Positions 24,300 through 26,810 of a stretch of 26,810 bases of DNA are shown one piece after another. The stretch is from NCBI GenBank assembly GCA_002796835.1, contig LUGL01000011.1:5191-32000 (forward strand), in the 5' to 3' direction. How positions within the stretch are numbered: position 1 is the first letter of the stretch; each line of letters starts with the position of its first letter. The stretch is from Elainella saxicola E1. GTDB lineage: Bacteria > Cyanobacteriota > Cyanobacteriia > Elainellales > Elainellaceae. The translations under genes were made by a program, and so were the position numbers. The notes under the pieces were generated by a model. The model worked only from the letters and a program-made list of their open reading frames with translations, made no database searches and was not told where the DNA came from.

Positions 24300-24770
24300 A
24301 TGGCCTTAAACCCAGGAGATCCTGCCCCCGACTTTAGCCTACCCGATGCAAACAGTGACCTTGTGCACCTTGCAGATCTGCGCGGGAAATGGGTTGTGCT
24401 TTACTTTTATCCTCGCGATAATACGCCGGGATGCACCAAAGAAGCCTGTGGTTTTCGCGATGCTCATTCCGACTATCAAGCTCAAGATGTGATTGTGCTT
24501 GGGGTTAGTACGGATGATGCTAAGTCTCATACCAAATTCGTTCAGAAGTTCAATCTCCCCTTTACACTCCTCTCAGATGCAGAAGGCAAGGTTGCCTCAA
24601 GTTATGACAGCTATGGGCTGAAAAAGTTTATGGGCAAAGAATATATGGGCGTGAGCCGCAACACCTTTGTGATTGATCCGGACGGTAAGATTCACAAGAT
24701 CTACCGCAAAGTGAAGCCGGAGAATCATGCTGCTGAAGTTTTGGCTGATTTAGCTGAGCTAATATCATGA
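24300..24770 (+). CDS. Peroxiredoxin, BCP/PrxQ type
   Basis: Thioredoxin-fold protein with VVLYFYPRDNTPGCTKEACGFRD (peroxidatic Cys in PGCT, resolving Cys five residues later). I prefer ATG 24300 over TTG 24288. Confidence 0.9.
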   Translation: MALNPGDPAPDFSLPDANSDLVHLADLRGKWVVLYFYPRDNTPGCTKEACGFRDAHSDYQAQDVIVLGVSTDDAKSHTKFVQKFNLPFTLLSDAEGKVASSYDSYGLKKFMGKEYMGVSRNTFVIDPDGKIHKIYRKVKPENHAAEVLADLAELIS

Positions 24771-24869
24771 CAGTTTTCTACGAGCGGAATTTCTTCCATC
24801 AGGGTGTTTGCGAGCATTGCCGCTATCGATCGATCTCGTTGTTTTAGTGCTTGAGGATGGCTGCATTCC

Positions 24870-25325
24870 ATGCTTCAATTCTGGCGATTGCTACAGACAG
24901 GACTGGGTGTTATTTTTCGACATCCCATTACGGGAACGAGCATTATCCCTGTTTTACCAGATGGTCGAATTGTTCTGGTTCAACGGCGCGATAACGGACG
25001 TTGGAGTTTGCCGGGTGGCATCGTTGACTGGGGTGAAGATATTCCCTCTTCTGTTCAACGGGAGCTCGTTGAGGAAACGGGCCTGAATTTGCACAAAATT
25101 AATCGTTTAGTCGGGGTTTACTCCGATCCACACCGCGATCCTCGATTTCACGCAATTTGCGTCGTTGTGGAAGCCATTGTGGACGGTGAGATGAAGGTGC
25201 ATGATACGTTAGAGATTATGGATATTCAAGCCTTTACACCGTCTGAAATTCCCAAGGGGGAATTATCCCATGACCACGATCGGCAATTACAAGATTATTT
25301 CAGCGGTATGACCGTTTTGGCTTAA
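24870..25325 (+). CDS. NUDIX hydrolase
   Basis: Nudix box GGIVDWGEDIPSSVQRELVEETGL (GX5EX7REUXEEXGU). Confidence 0.85.
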   Translation: MLQFWRLLQTGLGVIFRHPITGTSIIPVLPDGRIVLVQRRDNGRWSLPGGIVDWGEDIPSSVQRELVEETGLNLHKINRLVGVYSDPHRDPRFHAICVVVEAIVDGEMKVHDTLEIMDIQAFTPSEIPKGELSHDHDRQLQDYFSGMTVLA

Positions 25326-25346
25326 TGCAGTCGGGAATTTTGAGCT

Positions 25347-26810
25347 TTAAGGGTTCAAAGTCCTTTTTGCCACTTTTTTCAGACAGCGATCGCAATGCCC
25401 ACAGCCTGGTTGAGAGAGTGACATCGCTTCTGTCTCGAAACCAAAGGCATTCAGCAAAAACTGCCAGCGACAGGTCTTGGTTTGTAGATATTTTGCCATT
25501 TGGCGCGTTGCAGCATTCTGGTCTGAAGGTTGGGGGTTGGTCGAACGATCGATCTGGTAGTGAAACGGATCCTGCCAGTGCAACTGCCCTTGACTATGGA
25601 GGAGCGATAACGCAATTCCCGCTTCTTTAAATTGGCGAGTGACGGCGGCGATATTTCCTTGAATGGGCACTTTGCGGCTGAGTTGCTGAGCCATTTGCTG
25701 TTGTTTGCGCATCTGGGCTTGAAAAAATTGCTGACGTTGGCGATCGTCAGGATCGAACCATCCAGAAGGTTCACTAATCAGCGTGAGCGCTTCAGCAGAT
25801 TGTCCGTCGCGTCCGGCTCTGCCCACTTCCTGCACATATTCTGAGAGCAAAAGCGGCGCATGAAAATGGACCACGAATCTAACATTGGGCTTATTGATGC
25901 CCATGCCGAACGCAGAAGTACAAACCACCAGAGGAATGGCACCTTCGATCCAGCCAGCTTCAATTTGACGACGCGTCTGGGCACCGAGTCCGGCATGGTA
26001 AGCCGCTGTAATATAACCCTGCTGGTTCAACCAGTCTGCTAATGCTTCGCTATCTCGACGAGTCCGCACATAAACTAACCCCGACTGCTGCGATCGAGCT
26101 TGAATATACTTCAGTAAACGTTGGCGTCGGCCTTGTGCAGTCCAATTCACTTGAACGGTCAGATGCAGGTTCGATCGATAGGGACTTTGTAAAAAAAGCT
26201 GGGGATGGCGCAAATCCAGCACTTCCCGAATGGTTTGTTGTGCTTGGGGATCAGCCGTAGCGGTAAAGGCCGCGATCGGAATCTCTGTGCCTGGAGGTTT
26301 GGTTTGGAGGAGGGCCGATCGAATTGCGCCTAAACGGCGATAAGCAGGACGAAAAGTTTCTCCCCATTGCACTAAACAATGCGCTTCATCCAAAATCAAG
26401 CCGTTGATCACCAGTTCTGGTTGACACAGGCGCTCCCACACTGGCGGAGTAAGTAAGGTTTCTGGAGAGAGATAGAGCAGCCGCAATCGCTGCTTTTCCA
26501 GGAGCCATAGGATTTTACGGCGTTGATCGGACGATAATTCACTGTGAAGTGAAGCAACAGGCAATTGGCGTTGCCGCAGCTCTTGAACTTGATTTTCCAT
26601 CAAAGCCACCAGCGGCGATACCACTAAAGTTAAGCCGGTTGTCATCAGCGCCGGCAGCTGAAAGCAAATCGATTTACCGCCTCCTGTTGCCATCACGATC
26701 AACGCATCTTGTTTGGCAATCAACGCCTGTACGATTTCACCTTGAGGCGGACGAAAGCTGGAGTAGCCCCAAATTTTTTGCAACTTGGCTTGAATTTGCT
26801 GCTGAATCTG
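25347..26810 (-). CDS. recQ: RecQ-family ATP-dependent DNA helicase (5' end probably beyond the window)
   Basis: Motifs FRPPQ, MATGGGKS, LDEAHCLVQWG, FTATA, VCTSAFGMGINKPNVRFVVH, QEVGRAGRDG and a C-terminal Zn module CRW...CGHCDRC. The frame stays open from the TTG at 26783 to position 26810 (QIQQQIQAKLQK...), so the true start may lie off-window. Confidence 0.9.
   Translation of the reverse strand, partial: QIQQQIQAKLQKIWGYSSFRPPQGEIVQALIAKQDALIVMATGGGKSICFQLPALMTTGLTLVVSPLVALMENQVQELRQRQLPVASLHSELSSDQRRKILWLLEKQRLRLLYLSPETLLTPPVWERLCQPELVINGLILDEAHCLVQWGETFRPAYRRLGAIRSALLQTKPPGTEIPIAAFTATADPQAQQTIREVLDLRHPQLFLQSPYRSNLHLTVQVNWTAQGRRQRLLKYIQARSQQSGLVYVRTRRDSEALADWLNQQGYITAAYHAGLGAQTRRQIEAGWIEGAIPLVVCTSAFGMGINKPNVRFVVHFHAPLLLSEYVQEVGRAGRDGQSAEALTLISEPSGWFDPDDRQRQQFFQAQMRKQQQMAQQLSRKVPIQGNIAAVTRQFKEAGIALSLLHSQGQLHWQDPFHYQIDRSTNPQPSDQNAATRQMAKYLQTKTCRWQFLLNAFGFETEAMSLSQPGCGHCDRCLKKVAKRTLNP

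Noticed and set aside
440-26260. Many 60-170-aa track ORFs nested in or antisense to the large genes (e.g. 440-622, 623-1030, 1468-1743, 2548-2817, 3711-3896, 7130-7465, 9186-9452, 11351-11860, 16967-17425, 17644-18018, 20323-20760, 21706-22014, 23013-23384, 25451-25774)
   Set aside because: Each overlaps a longer ORF that has clear family motifs. Their translations are Arg/Ser/Cys-rich or low-complexity, as expected for out-of-frame readings.
1-26810. High density of GCGATCGC/CGATCG palindromes
   Set aside because: This is the established HIP1 signature of cyanobacterial genomes. It is useful for taxonomic placement but is not a novel local feature.
24288-26810. PrxQ - NUDIX - RecQ cluster as a possible DNA-damage or defence module
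   Set aside because: All three are common housekeeping families. RecQ is convergent with the other two, and PrxQ and NUDIX are separated by 99 bp. Nothing suggests coupling beyond adjacency.

Overview
This window is a cyanobacterial chromosomal segment. The HIP1 octamer GCGATCGC and its core CGATCG recur throughout (e.g. 4559-4566, 7093-7100, 19326-19333), and the genes include menB (phylloquinone pathway), a ycf49-like gene and csaB. About 22 credible protein genes sit on both strands. Most are housekeeping or signalling genes:
- an orphan beta-class DNA methyltransferase and menB;
- a PAS-PAS-GGDEF-EAL gene followed by a response regulator with a His-less DHp-like tail;
- two small membrane proteins, csaB, and a long coiled-coil/Pro-rich protein;
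- two PPC-domain proteins, one with a CAP domain and one an 874-aa ELWxxDGT-repeat protein;
- two tandem DUF2294/MpsC-like paralogs, a CheY-like regulator and a RodZ-like protein;
- a divergent LysR/cupin pair and an S9 serine peptidase;
- an ABC ATPase followed by a UbiA-like membrane protein;
- 5-formyl-THF cyclo-ligase, PrxQ/BCP, a NUDIX hydrolase, and a RecQ-family helicase that runs off the right edge.

I found no tRNA, rRNA, CRISPR array, transposase, integrase or recognisable defence island.

The least ordinary part is the S9 peptidase locus (about 18.9-23.4 kb). The gene is bracketed by tandem-repeat arrays: 16 bp x ~6 upstream, then 23 bp x 3, a 21-bp perfect inverted repeat and 24 bp x 6.5 downstream. 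The 24-bp array is open in three frames. One frame would encode back-to-back Pro-terminated octapeptides. That fits a repeated-core peptide precursor but is equally explained by a non-coding VNTR, and I score it as speculative. The ABC ATPase that follows has no permease partner.

Secondary points of interest are the His-less DHp domain, the two PPC proteins that lack signal peptides, and a long AT-rich spacer at 15.8-16.4 kb. All family assignments rest on motif recognition by eye. No database search was run.
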